Shown: positions 1 through 17,485, counted from the first letter of the stretch. The stretch is DNA of 64,000 bases from Macrostomum lignano (GCA_002269645.1 NIVC01002026.1:124001-188000), one strand, 5' to 3'. Translations and numbers: made by a program. Notes: a model not told the origin generated them from the sequence alone.

Positions 1-190
1 TCTGTCTCTCCTCCTCTCCGCCCTGCTCCTCCTCGTTCCCAGCGGACTCAGCTTCCCGCATCGCGTTCTCGCGCTCCTCCTTGCGACGCTCGCGAAGCTT
101 CTTCTCATTTTCGATGGCGGCGAAGAAGTCCTGCTCGGCCTTGGCCATCAGATCTTCGCCTTGCTCCTCGCCGTGTTCCTCTTCATCATC
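1..190 (-). CDS. DNAI2: DNAI2 exon 4 (acidic C-terminal tail, truncated by window edge)
   Basis: tttcaaag|GAT acceptor in phase 0 with exon 3; DDEEEHGEEQGEDLMAKAEQDFFAAIENEKKL resembles the DNAI2 C-terminal AKAEEEFF segment. Confidence 0.85.
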
Positions 191-305
191 CTTTGAAAGC
201 GAATCAATGAGCAGAATTTGATTATGATAAGGCTTTATGAGCAGGCATTCTAGGACTTGATCGATTTGCACGTGCTTAGAGTACGTTAAACCACAGAGTA
301 ATGCA

Positions 306-1547
306 CACCAATCCTCTCCTTAGTCCGCACAGAATGTACACCAACTCTCACCCCATTCTCTTCCCGGTCCGCATTAGATGTACCCCAACCCTCACCTCAT
401 TCTCTCTCCCTGGTCCGCATACAATGTACACCAACCCTCACCCCATTCTCTCTCCCCACCTTGCATAGAATGTACACCAACCCTCACCCCATTCTCTCTC
501 TCCCCAACTTGCATAGAATGTACACCAACCCTCACCCCATTCTCTCTCTTCCCAACTTGCATAGAATGTACACCAACGCTCACCCCATTCTCTCTCCCCA
601 ACCTGCATAGAATGTACACCAACCCTCACCCCATTCTCTCTCTCCCCAACTTGCATAGAATGTACACCAACGCTCACCCCATTCTCTCTCCCCAACTTGC
701 ATAGAATGTACACCAACCCTCACCCCATTCTTTCTCTCCCCAACCTGCATAGAATGTACACCAACCCTCACCCCATTCTCTCTCTCCCCAACCTGCATAG
801 AATGTACACCAACCCTCACCCCATTCTCTCTCTCCCCAACCTGCATAGAATGTACACCAACCCTCACCCCATTCTCTCTCTCCCCAACCTGCATATAATG
901 TACACCAACCCTCACCCCATTCTCTCTCTCCCCAACTTGCATAGAATGTACACCAACGCTCACCCCATTCTCTCTCCCCAACTTGCATAGAATGTACACC
1001 AACCCTCACCCCATTCTTTCTCTCCCCAACCTGCATAGAATGTACACCAACCCTCACCCCATTCTCTCTCTCCCCAACCTGCATAGAATGTACACCAACC
1101 CTCACCCCATTCTCTCTCTCCCCAACCTGCATATAATCTACACCAACCCTCACCCCATTCTCTCTCTCCCCAACCTGCATAGAATGTACACCAACCCTCA
1201 CCCCATTCTCTCTCTCTCCAACCTGCATAGAATGTACACCAACCCTCACCCCATTCTTTCTCTCCCCAACCTGCATAGAATGTACACCAACCCTCACCCC
1301 ATTCTCTCTCTCCCCAACCTGCATATAATGTACACCAACCCTCACCCCATTCTCTCTCTCCCCAACCTGCATAGAATGTACACCAACCCTCACCCCATTC
1401 TCTCTCCCAACTTGCATAGAATGTACACCAACCCTCACCCCATTCTCTCTCTCTCCAACCTGCATAGAATATATACGAAACCTCACCCCCATTCTCTCTC
1501 CCCGGTCCGCATAAAATGTACACGAACCCTTACCCCATTCTCTCTCC
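306..1547. repeat. ~48-bp minisatellite (~25 copies) in DNAI2 intron 3
   Basis: Unit CCCAACCTGCATAGAATGTACACCAACCCTCACCCCATTCTCTCTCTC, with variable CT length. Confidence 0.95.
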
Positions 1548-2393
1548 CTTGTGAGCACGAGCTTCACAATACATCCTAACCTACCAAGGACGGAAGCTAA
1601 TAGCTAAGTCACATAAACAAAACACTTTATGACGATTGCTAAAAGCAATGGGGATGGCGAACAGGCATGCAAATTTGTTTGATAAATGCACATAAGGTAA
1701 ACAATAGAATTTATCTGCTTAGCATCGATACTACAAGTATGCCAATCAATGAGCTTACATATCCGGAACTTTACGAGAAATCCACAGGTACGACAGCAAT
1801 CTCATTTGTCTTTTATTTTAATTTATTAGCTACAAATTACCGAATTTCGTAGCGTATGAAACTCAATGGGCGCTAATTGAGACGAACTACTTGACTCTGA
1901 TACACTCTGTAAGTAAAGTTTTGTTTTTAAAGCGGTTAAATTATTGTACAGTGGAAAATAGCTCGAAGAAGAGTAGGTGACGGGGGGCAAACGGCAACTT
2001 AAACCGAGGGACTCTGTGACATCCGCCAGCTTTTCGTTTTTCGAGGAGGCTCTTCCCCCTCCTTTTCGTTCTGGCCTGGCGTGGAAGCGGCTAGCTTCCT
2101 CGTCTTGGTCTGCTGGTGGGGGACGGATCCCCCCTGCTGCTTTTTTGCGGGGCAGGTGGCTGCTAAGTAGTTGGCTGCTGGCTAAGCGCCAACTACCCAT
2201 CGACAGCCCTTAGTTGCAACTGGTACCACACGGGTTCTCGAGGGCCGCTCTTGTGGGGGAGGGCTCGGGCGTCGGCTGTCAACTCGACCTGGCGCCTGTG
2301 TCCCAAGCCCGCAGCCGGCCTCCCGCCCCCTGATCTTGCAGAGTGTGGACCGGGGGCCCGCCGGAGCCTCGCCTGGGAGCAATCCTGGGATAA

Positions 2394-7272
<4,879 letters not shown>

Positions 7273-7398
7273 TCCTTGTGCTCTTTTACCTTGGGGTTGC
7301 GATAGGGGCCTCGCGGCCTATTCGCGGCGCCTGCGCCCCCCGTCAGTAGTAAGTAAGTAAGTAAGAGTAGGTGACTGAGTGAGAGACGAGGGTAGTGA

Positions 7399-7580
7399 GT
7401 GGGGAAAAGGAGAGAGGGAAAAGGAGAGAGAGGGAAAGGAGAGAGAGGGAAAGGAGAGAGAGGGAAAGGAGAGAGAGGGAAAGGAGAGAGAAAGGGAAAT
7501 AGGAAAGGAAAGAGAGGGAAAGGAAAGAGGGGGAAAGGAGAGAGAGAGAAAGAAGAAAGAAAGAAGAAAGAAGAAACGAG
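7399..7580. repeat. GA-rich short tandem repeat (GAGAGAGGGAAAG-like)
   Basis: Visible purine-only periodic tract just 3' of the LINE TSD. Confidence 0.85.
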
Positions 7581-7769
7581 AGAAAGGCAGCAGTAGAAGA
7601 GGCTGTACATGTGAAGTGTACATATACAATACGCTACCGAGGGGCACCCCGTTGGCAAAACGAAAAAAACAGACCAATTAAGACCAAAAATGACTGAAGT
7701 TGACAACTAGGCCTTTAAACACGATTAATAAATCATAAGCATATCAGAGTATTTCAGATTTCAACTTAC

Positions 7770-8216
7770 TCCACCTCCGCCCTTCTTCTCTTTGAGCTTC
7801 ATCTCCCTGTGCCTCGCCTCCAGAATCTTCTCCCGTCGAGTCTCTCTCTCGAAGATGGTGTTCACCAGGTTGCGCTCGTTGCGGTTCTGCGCGTAGAAGC
7901 CTTCGGACAGCTCGACAATGGTGGCGACTCCGCCCTGGCTGCCGCAGGCCATGAGCCGGCCGTGCTCCTGCAGACGGAGGCTCTGCAGCGGCTCATCGCT
8001 CACCTGCACAGTGAGGGTCGGGTCGTTCTGCTTGAACAGCAGGTCCCAGACATCCAGGGTGCCGTCTGTCTTGGAGGTGAAGAACACGGCTGGCCGCACG
8101 GTGGACCAGCAGCCGTCGGTGAGGCCGCTCTGGTGATACTTGGTCCACATGATGGCGTTCTCCTTGATGTCCTCCGACCAGATCCGGGTAGTCCAGTCGC
8201 CCACTGACATGAAGAT
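7770..8216 (-). CDS. DNAI2: DNAI2 exon 3 (149 codons)
   Basis: tcag|ATC acceptor; [16 protein letters not shown]...[18 protein letters not shown]...[23 protein letters not shown]; GGA|GTAAGT donor, phase 0. Confidence 0.94.
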
Positions 8217-8304
8217 CTGACATGAAATTGTGCCAGTTGACAATGCCATAAAAATGACACGAAATTTACATGAAACAGAGAATATGAAAGTCTCAACTGT
8301 GGCT

Positions 8305-10520
8305 TCTCTGACACCCAAGTTGTGGCTCATTTGACACCAAAATTGAGGCTCATCTGATACTCAAATTGAGGCTCATCTGACACCCGAATTGAGGCTCATA
8401 TGACACCCGAATTGAGGCTCATATGACACCCGAATTGAGGCTTATCTGACACCCGAATTGAGGCTTATCTGACACCCGAATTGAGGCTTATCTGACACCC
8501 GAATTGAGGCTCATCTGACACCCGAATTGAGGCTCATCTGATACTCAAATTGAGGCTCATCTGACACCCGAATTGAGGCTCATCTGACACCCGAATTGAG
8601 GCTTATCTGACACCCGAATTGAGGCTTATCTGACACCCGAATTGAGGCTTATCTGACACCCGAATTGAGGCTCATCTGACACCCGAATTGAGGCTCATCT
8701 GATACTCAAATTGAGGCTCATCTGACACCCGAATTGAGGCTCATCTGACACCCGAATTGAGGCTTATCTGACACCCGAATTGAGGCTCATCTGATACTCA
8801 AATTGAGGCTCATCTGACACCCGAATTGAGGCTCATCTGACACCCGAATTGAGGCTTATCTGACACCCGAATTGAGGCTTATCTGACACCCGAATTGAGG
8901 CTTATCTGACACCCGAATTGAGGCTTATCTGACACCCGAATTGTGGCTTATCTGACACCCGAATTGAGGCTTATCTGACACCCGAATTGTGATCTATTTG
9001 ACACCCCAAGTGTTGCTTGTCTGACACCCAAATTGTGACTCATCTTATTCCCAAACTGTGGCTCATCTGACACCCAAATTGTGGCTTATCTGACACCCAA
9101 ATTGAGGCTTATCTGACACCCAAACTGTGGCTCATCTGACACCCAAATTGAGACTCAGCTGACACCCAAATTGTGGCTCATCTGACACTCAAATTGAGGC
9201 TCATCTGACACCCAAATTGAGGCTCATCTGATACCCAAATTGAGGCTCATCTGACACCCAAACTGTGGCTCATCTGACACCCAAATTGAGGCTCATCTGA
9301 CACCCAAATTGAGGCTCATCTGACACCCAAATTGTGGCTCATCTGACACCCAAACTGTGGCTCATCTGACACCCTAATTGAGGCTCATCTGACACCCAAA
9401 TTGAGGCTCATCTGACACCCAAATGGAGACTCATCTGACACCCAAATTGAGACTCAGCTGACACCCAAATTGTGGCTCAGCTGACACCCAAATTGAGACT
9501 CATCTGACACCCAAATTGAGGCTCATCTGACACCCAAATTGAGGCTCATCTGACACCCAAACTGTGGCTCATCTGACACCCTAATTGAGGCTCATCTGAC
9601 ACCCAAATTGAGGCTCATCTGACACCCAAATGGAGACTCATCTGACACCCAAATTGAGACTCAGCTGACACCCAAATTGTGGCTCAGCTGACACCCAAAT
9701 TGAGACTCATCTGACACCCAAATTGAGGCTCATCTGACACCCAAATTGAGACTCATCTGACACCCAAATTGAGACTCATCTGACACCCAAATTGAGACTC
9801 ATCTGACACCCAAATTGAGGCTCATCTGACACCCAAATTGAGGCTTATCTGACACCCCAATTGTGGCTCATCTGACACCCAAATTGAGGCTCATCTGACA
9901 CCCAAATTGTGGCTCATCTGACACTCAAATTGAGGCTCATCTGACACCCAAATTGAGGCTCATCTGACACCCAAACTGTGGCTCATCTGACACCCTAATT
10001 GAGGCTCATCTGACACCCAAATTGAGACTCATCTGACACCCAAATTGAGACTCATCTGACACCCAAATTGTGGCTTATCTGACACCCAAATGGAGACTCA
10101 TCTGACACCCAAATTGAGACTCAGCTGACACCCAAATTGTGGCTCAGCTGACACCCGAATTGAGGCTTATCTGACACCCAAATGGAGACTCATCTGACAC
10201 CCAAATTGAGACTCATCTGACACCCAAATTGAGGCTCATCTGACACCCAAATTGAGGCTTATCTGACACCCCAATTGTGGCTCATCTGACACTCAAATTG
10301 AGGCTTATCTGACACCCCAATTGTGGCTCATCTGACACCCAAATTGTGGCTCATCTGACACCCAAATTGAGGCTCATCTGACACCCAAACTGTGGCTCAT
10401 CTGACACCCAAATTGTGGCTCATCTGACACCCAAATTGAGGCTCATCTGACACCCAAACTGTGGCTCATCTGACACCCAAACTGTGGCTCATCTGACACC
10501 CTAATTGAGGCTTCTCTGAC
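8305..10520. repeat. 23-bp minisatellite (~95 copies) filling DNAI2 intron 2
   Basis: Unit GACACCCAAATTGAGGCTCATCT with sub-blocks of variants (CCCGAA..CTTATCT early, CCCAAA later). Confidence 0.97.
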
Positions 10521-10592
10521 AGCCCAAAAGCGATGACAGGCGGATTTGATGGAGGACAATATTGAACGCAAAAACAAATCCCGTCAGCAAAC

Positions 10593-10862
10593 CTTGGGGA
10601 ACTGCGGGTTCCTCTGCAGCGCATACACTGGCCCGATGTGTCCCGGATAGACGGCCACAATCTTATCAGCGTCTGTTTTGCCCTTCCTGTTGCAGGAGAA
10701 GATCGCACCCTGCTCAGAGCCGGCCATGAACTTTGTTGGAATTGTGGGCTCGTACTCCAGCACGTAGGCGCCCTGCGCCTGAGAGGCGTCCTGCTTCTTT
10801 GTTGCATCCAGGTAGAGTTTCTCGATGGGCTCCGCGAACTTCCGGATGTCCCACCAGAGCAC
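10593..10862 (-). CDS. DNAI2: DNAI2 exon 2 (90 codons)
   Basis: tcag|GTG CTC TGG TGG acceptor; VLWWDIRK...[18 protein letters not shown]...[16 protein letters not shown]; AAG|GTTTGC donor, phase 0. Confidence 0.93.
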
Positions 10863-10974
10863 CTGAGGTGTTGCGGCGGTTCAGTTGATTTTTGGTGGCA
10901 CGTTTATGTACGATTCGGCCCTCCGGTCCTTTGAAATTTCACAATATTAATCGGGCGCTCTCAAGGTTTCCGTC

Positions 10975-11640
10975 TCTTTCCTGTTCACTCTTCTCTTCCC
11001 TCTCTCCTCTCGCTCTTCTTCTCTTCCATCTCCATCTCTTCCCTCTCTCCTCTCGCTCTTCTTCTCTTTCGTCTCCCTCTCTTCCCTCTCTCCTCTCGCT
11101 CTTCTTCTCTTCCGTCTCCCTCTCTTCCCTCTCTCCTCTCGCTCTTCTTCTCTTCCGTCTCCCTCTCTTCTCTCTCTCCTCTCGCTCTTCTTCTCTTCCG
11201 TCTCCCTCTCTTCCCTCTCTCCTCTCGCTCTTCTTCTCTTTCGTCTCCCTCTCTTCTCTCTCTCCTCTCGCTCTTCTTCTCTTCCGTCTCCCTCTCTTCT
11301 CTCTCTCCTCTCGCTCTTCTTCTCTTTCGTCTCCCTCTCTTCTCTCTCTCCTCTCGCTCTTCTTCTCTTCCGTCTCCCTCTCTTCTCTCTCTCCTCTCGC
11401 TCTTCTTCTCTTTCGTCTCCCTCTCTTCTCTCTCTCCTCTCGCTCTTCTTCTCTTCCGTCTCCCTCTCTTCCCTCTCTCCTCTCGCTCTTCTTCTCTTCC
11501 GTCTCCCTCTCTTTCCTGTCCAATCTCTTCCTTCTTCCTTCACCCCTCTTCCTTCTCTCCCCTCATCCTTCACCCCATTTCCTTCCCCCTCTTCCTTCCC
11601 CCCTCTTCCTTCTCCCCTCTTCCTTCACTCCTCTACCTAT
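10975..11640. repeat. CT-rich minisatellite in DNAI2 intron 1
   Basis: Repeated CTCTCCTCTCGCTCTTCTTCTCTTCCGTCTCCCTCTCTT units. Confidence 0.93.
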
Positions 11641-11739
11641 TTGTGAGATAAGAAAAAGAGATTATTCTTCTCTAAAAAGAGAAGAATATGCGCCTAACAA
11701 TTGAAGGTCAAGTCTTTAGAGTATTTGACTGCCACTCAC

Positions 11740-12597
11740 CTGCCCATCCGTGGACACGGAGAAGCACTCGGTGCCAGTTTTGCTCTGATTCCAGATCACC
11801 TTCCAAACCGGGTCCCGATGCCCAGTGGACACTTCGCTGGTTTCAATCGGTTGCGAGCCCTTCCGACAGTCCCAGTAAGCCACCTGGCCGTTGTAGCATC
11901 CGCCAACCAGGATGTGCGCGTCTTTCGGATTGTACTCGAGGCAAACCAGCGGCGACACGGGCTTGAGCGTCATCTCCGGTGAGTTCGGGTTGATGACGTC
12001 CCACACGTAGGACTCGGTGGAGGTGTCCTTCGGCGCCCGTTGAAAGTCGGTGTTGCAGTAGGCGATGGCCAGCTTTGTTGGCCCGTCCGGGTACCAGCTG
12101 ATGTGGGCAACGCCGCGGTCCTTGTAGGGGTCCTTGAACACGTTGATGGTCTTGGCGGACGGAGGCTCCTCGGAGGCCTGAATCTCTACGTCGCTGAAGT
12201 AGTCCTGGTAGATGTCGATGGCATTGTTCTGCTTGATGCAGTGCTCCATCTGGCCGCCGAGAGTCTGCACAGTGCTGATGTACATCTCGTCTTTTTCGAC
12301 CTTCTTGCGAAACCGAATGACCTGCTCGACCTCCTGCGCGTTGACGTCCTTCGGCCAGCCGCCTTCGGCGTGGTTCAGACCGTGCGAGTCAGTCTCGAAC
12401 CGCTCGGTGTTGACGTCGTGCTCGCTCATCTCCTGGACGACTTGGACGCCGCGGTCAACCGGGTCGCGCTCGACGAACTCCTTCAAGGCGTCCGGGTTTG
12501 GCGCGATGTCCACCAGCAGCTCCGCTGGGCGATCGCTGAAGATGCACTGGCGGCCGAACTCGGCTCGCTTCTTTGTGTAAACATATTGGATCTCCAT
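11740..12597 (-). CDS. DNAI2: Dynein axonemal intermediate chain 2, exon 1 (286 codons)
   Basis: [23 protein letters not shown]...EGGWPKDV...[10 protein letters not shown]...[13 protein letters not shown] matches the DNAI2/IC69 N-terminus, followed by WD40 repeats. Ends at CAG|GTGAGT donor (11739), phase 0. Confidence 0.96.
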
Positions 12598-15111
12598 GGC
12601 AACGGCGAAGGTCTCAATCGGTGAGCATCAGGATGGTTTGAGTTGAATTTGTATATATTCAATTGAATTTTAATTTGCAGATGCAGATGCAGAAAACACT
12701 TTTTTGCATAGTGCCTATTTAAGAGTAATATTTTTTTCAATAAATTTTATTACATATCTAATGCTACCTGTCTTTATTATGTTAAAAAAACAATTATAAA
12801 AACATTTTCATGCAGTGATTTTTTAAGTTGCTGTGCTATTTTTATGGCTGCAAAAAATCTACTCCTTATCTTTTCATTTCATATTGTAAGTTGCAGGTGT
12901 CTAAATTGCTTAAATTGTAATCACTAGGTAAATTTATTAAACTCTTTTTCAACTAGCAAAACACTGACAAAAGCAATGTATAAATTACAAAAAACCCATT
13001 TATGTTTATGCAGTAGGCCTATATTACATCAACTAGAAACACAAACATTAGTTACAAAATAAGAGTTATTCAGTCAAAAAGGTTTCTAAATTTGTACAAA
13101 TTGTGTTTTTGTTGTTTGTATAAGTTGTAGAAAAATACAAAAACTTTACCAAAAGTACAAGCTCAATTTTTTTTTAAATGTGAACCTAATGTCATATTGT
13201 CTTCAATTTATAAATGACATATCTAAATGTCAAAAACACGGGCAGAAAGAAAAAATAGGACAATATTCATAAGTAATATTGTTATCTCTTACTAATTATG
13301 TTTATTTTAAAATTGTGTCTTAATTATATTGATAATTATTTGATAATATATTATCAGCTACAGAGCTACTGCAACATATGATGATACAACATGATCAGCA
13401 CTGGCCAAAAAGACTTAGCGGTATAGCGACCACGACAAGTTTTTCTTCATTTTTAGCAATTCTTTAGTTTTCTTAGTGCTTTACTGAATGTTCGTTTTTT
13501 GTTTTGACTTTTTTTAATCTGAAAGGATGAGAATTCACTCTAAAAATTGCCTGCATGCTAAAGTCGAATTTTCCCTTCAGTCTCTTGCAACCGTGGAGAC
13601 AAAATTGTGTGATTTCAACTTGAAGCTAGAAGCTTTTAGATACAGGTTATTTGAAACAAAAGAGATTAACAGAACACAAACTAGTGACTGAAAACAAACA
13701 ATTGAGTTTAAAGTATTTAAGTTTGTTATAACGCGTTTTTCTTTTTTTTATCACCGTGGATATATAGTACATTTGTGCATATCATCCTGATATGAGTAAA
13801 TTAATTGCACTAAACTGCCGCTATCATCTCTGAATTACTTGAAGCCTGAACAAATCTCTTTATTCTTATTTCTATACACGATAGGATATTCAGCAGCATT
13901 AGCATGCTTGAACAAAGTGCTTAATAAGAAATCGGCTCTTAAAATAATATCTTCGCATAGCTTAATTATGCGGTAGTAAGGTACATATATATGTAAAACT
14001 GCATGTACATGTAAATATAATATCATGGCGGGACCACATGCTTTGAGAATTTGCAACTTTGCAACTCTGCCACTCTGCAACTTTGAGAATAGATTAATAT
14101 AAAACTTCACTTGATTTATACACCAAGACCGATTTTTTGTTGATTGCAAACTTTTTAATTTTCTATTTTTTTGTCGATCGTCTCCATTTTTGCCAATTAA
14201 CCAATTACTCGATCATACACAGTGCATATTTTCTTAAACGGGCACGAGGATTACACAAGGTGCGATCCATATCGAGAAATAACAATTATGGAGCAAATAA
14301 TAAAAAGTACAAACGCCACAAATAAAGCCACATGCACTCGCTCTTGGGACATTTAGCCAATAAGGACTGCAATCATACATTTAACGGTACCGGTACACTC
14401 GCTTGATGTGCAATTTATATTATTGCATTTGTAATTTAAATTACATTACGAGTTGCATAAACTCAGTGCTTTGTCCTTCAATCAAATCCCGGGTGACCAC
14501 TACCTCCAATATACATGCTTAAACATTTATAAAAGCATAAAGCCGATAATTGTAGTCCGACTTGCTGCATGAATTCGTAAAACTCGTAACAAAAACTTTT
14601 GTACTTTAGTGTCACAACATCAACAAGCTAGTGTCTTCACTACGGATACGTATCATATTCCCCATTTGTCTAGTGTCTATGGCAATAATTACCCAGTGGA
14701 AAAGGGTACGTTGATCCAACGGTGTTCCAACGGAAGCTGGTTGGAAAACCGTTGGGTGAAAATATGCTTGCCGAGCTGTACGAAATAAGGAAGCATTCTA
14801 GAATATTCTAGAAGGGGAATACACCCCGGATTCGCCTATATTAAAATAGAATGGATTTAGTAATTGGCAATAGCACGCTAACTGCAACGCATCTATCTTA
14901 ACAGAGAAAACGTGTGCTCGTTAATTACTGTGCTTCAGTGCTGATTCTCAGTGCTGTGACACTCACATTGAGGCTAATTGCAAAGCATTCTGTATTAATT
15001 GAACATGGGCTGGACAAATTATACAGCAATTAAGGTTAGAATTACTACACAAAAGCAACAATTATAATTATTTTAAATTCTTCAATGATCCCAGCCAATG
15101 CAGAAATTGGC

Positions 15112-15660
15112 ATTCATTTTGGCGCCGAAGGCAGGCACTCATTTTGGCGCCGAAGGCAGGCACTCATTTTGGCGACGCAGTCAGGCACTCATTTTGGCGC
15201 CGCAGACACTCATTTTGGCGCCGCAGACACTCATTTTGGCGCCGCAGGCAATAAAAAGTCATTTTGGCGCCGCAGGCAGGCACTCATTTTGGCGCCGCAG
15301 ACACTCATTTTGGCGCCGCAGGCAGGCACTCATTTTGGCGCCGCAGGCACTCATTTTGGCGCCGCAGGCAATAAAAACTCATTTTGGCACCGAAGGCAGG
15401 CACTCATTTTGGCGCCGCAGGCAATAAAAACTCATTTTGGCACCGAAGGCAGGCACTCATTTTGGCGCCGCAGGCACTCATTTTGGCGCCGCAGGCAATA
15501 AAAACTCATTTTGGCGCCGCAGGTAATAAAAACTCATTTTGGCGCCGCAGGCACTCATTTTGGCGCCGCAGGCAATAAAAAGTCATTTTGGCGCCGCAGG
15601 CAATAAAAAGTCATTTTGGCGCCGCAGGCAGGCACTCATTTTGGCGCCGCAGGTAATAAA
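15112..15660. repeat. GGCGCC-containing ~21-bp minisatellite
   Basis: Unit CACTCATTTTGGCGCCGCAGG with GCAATAAAAA variants. Same family at ~36227 (single copy) and, inverted, at 61300-62185. Confidence 0.93.
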
Positions 15661-16035
15661 AACTCAGGTGTCATTAGGTGCATGACTAGTAGGTCCAGCC
15701 AAGAGTAACAAACCTCGCTCTCTCAAAACTATAGATCATCTTAATCCAGTATACATGTACTTCCAGCATTTTAGCGAATTCGTTTAAAACTTATAAATGA
15801 AAGAAATAAGACAAAATATTTTCTTTTTTGTGTGTAGCTGAAAAAGTTACGCGATAAATTCGTACTAAATAAAGCGTTTATTTCCGAGGTGGAGTTATCG
15901 GCATTCTGAAACGGAAAGTAGTATCTTGCCAGTGTTTTTTATTGAACCAAAGACTATCATTCGTTGGTGTTTGTTTTTTTCGGTGGATTCTGCATTTAAA
16001 AGTTATAGTAATTTTTTATTTATCCAGCTGGAAAT

Positions 16036-16664
16036 TCAGAAAGCAGAGCAGTTGAGCAGCCAGAGTAGGCAGGCAGCTAAACTGGTGGCGGCTGCAGTCG
16101 AGAGGCTGCCTTTTCTGCTGGCCGAGTTGCACTTTTCAGAAGTGCACGCGCTGCACGTGATCGAGAAAGACTTGACAGGAAGAGGTACGTTAAAACTACA
16201 ATCTCCACAAAATCCACCAGCCTGTAAAAATGAGGTAAATAACAGTCTACAGTACTGTACTAAGTGTTCAGGAAAACTGTCAGACTCAGAAGCATGTAGC
16301 TGACTCACGAAATATTTGCCATCTTTATAGCCGTGCATTCGCTTACAGTGTTTTATTTCTTCATGCTTCTCAAGCTTTGCTACACCTTTTATTTTTTTTA
16401 GTGCTTCATTGCAGTCAAAAGCTTCAGGGGTCCCATCCTTCTCAGCGTCGTATTCATAGCACTTTATACTGTTGGTCACGGCTGTAAAAGACAAATTAAT
16501 AAATAGCAAATTACACCAGTAAGTGTACACATGTACATGTAAATGCAATAAAATGTAACAATGCACATTTTTTCATAATTGTCAGAATGCTATTAAATTA
16601 GCTTACCAATACACGCAAAAAATAGGATGCCAATAGCGCCAAGTCTGAAGACGTTAAGTGGCAT
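16036..16664 (-). CDS. Ly6/uPAR (three-finger)-like GPI-anchored protein, paralog A; exons 16607-16664, 16309-16481, 16036-16221
   Basis: Signal peptide MPLNVFRLGAIGILFFACIAVTNS; 8-Cys domain starting IKCY and ending CSACTSEKCN; hydrophobic GPI-type tail. Splice sites are canonical and phase-consistent (1,0). Confidence 0.85.
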
Positions 16665-16860
16665 ATTGTATTAATCCGGACGACGAATCTGTGATCTTGA
16701 TTTGAGTTTTAGAGCTTCTTCGCGGTAAGGCAAAATATCGACTCTTGTTTCTGTGTGTGGGCTCTCGAATAGAGAGCAGTTAAACCTCTCAAATCGAAGC
16801 CTGTTTTTTGTTTCTAACTCGCCACAGTCTATGGCATTAACTGTTGCATATGCGTCAACG

Positions 16861-16917
16861 CAAGGAGTTCTATAATTATAAAGGGTTCTAAAGGGTTGCT
16901 AATTATAGAACTCCTTG
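16861..16917. mobile_element. 57-bp miniature inverted-repeat element with 7-bp TSD
   Basis: Perfect 18-bp TIR CAAGGAGTTCTATAATTA; flanking direct repeat GTCAACG (16854-16860, 16918-16924); absent from the paralogous site at ~37540. Confidence 0.8.
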
Positions 16918-17046
16918 GTCAACGGGAGTGGAAACAAGTTTTTGCACTTTTATCTCACAATCGGGCCCACGCAAAGAATGAAGCGGCATGCTAAAAGTTC
17001 AATGCAGACGACCACAGATAATAAAACAATGGAGCAAATAAATTTT

Positions 17047-17257
17047 TGACATACGCTCGTACGCTCGTGCAATAGTCTATGGCCGCTGCGCCCAAATGCC
17101 GCCTCCCTCATCCCTTCCTATATACAAGTGTCCTAGCTTCATAATCTTGTTACAAGCCCCGCTAACATTAATGTGGTCCTAAAGCCAAATAAACAAGCAA
17201 AGCAAGATACGAGCTTCGTTATTCATCAAGCACTAGAGCTGCCATCAGAGCATCACA
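17047..17257. mobile_element. Solo LTR (211 bp)
   Basis: TG...CA ends, internal AATAAA, 5-bp TSD ATTTT (17042-17046, 17258-17262). The paralogous empty site at ~39657 has a single ATTTT. Confidence 0.8.
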
Positions 17258-17395
17258 ATTTTGTTTGAGGCTTACTCGCAAGTTAAGCAGAGATGGCAAC
17301 GGTTAGTACGCAGATACACTGTAATTACAGCTACATGTAGATCGAGAGGGCAATTAAGGGTGGCATTGCTTCAAAATGGCAGGCAAATGTACTTG

Positions 17396-17485
17396 CTGCC
17401 CCTGGTGCTGGCGCCCCTGATGCTGGCGCCCCTGGTGCTGGCGCCCCTGGTGCTGGCGCTCCTGGTGCTGGCGCCCCTGGTGCTA
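17396..17485. repeat. 15-bp tandem CTGGTGCTGGCGCCC (paralog A flank)
   Basis: About 6 copies; homologous array at 39786-39938. Confidence 0.9.

Noticed and set aside
378-1579. ORFs in the 48-bp array, and similar ORFs at 10892-11704, 41790-43173, 47635-48344, 54305-55190
   Set aside because: All lie in introns or microsatellites and are explained by repeat periodicity.
8305-10520. CRISPR-like appearance of the 23-bp arrays (also 45265-46678)
   Set aside because: Units are directly adjacent with no unique spacers, there are no cas genes, and the context is a eukaryotic intron or intergenic region.
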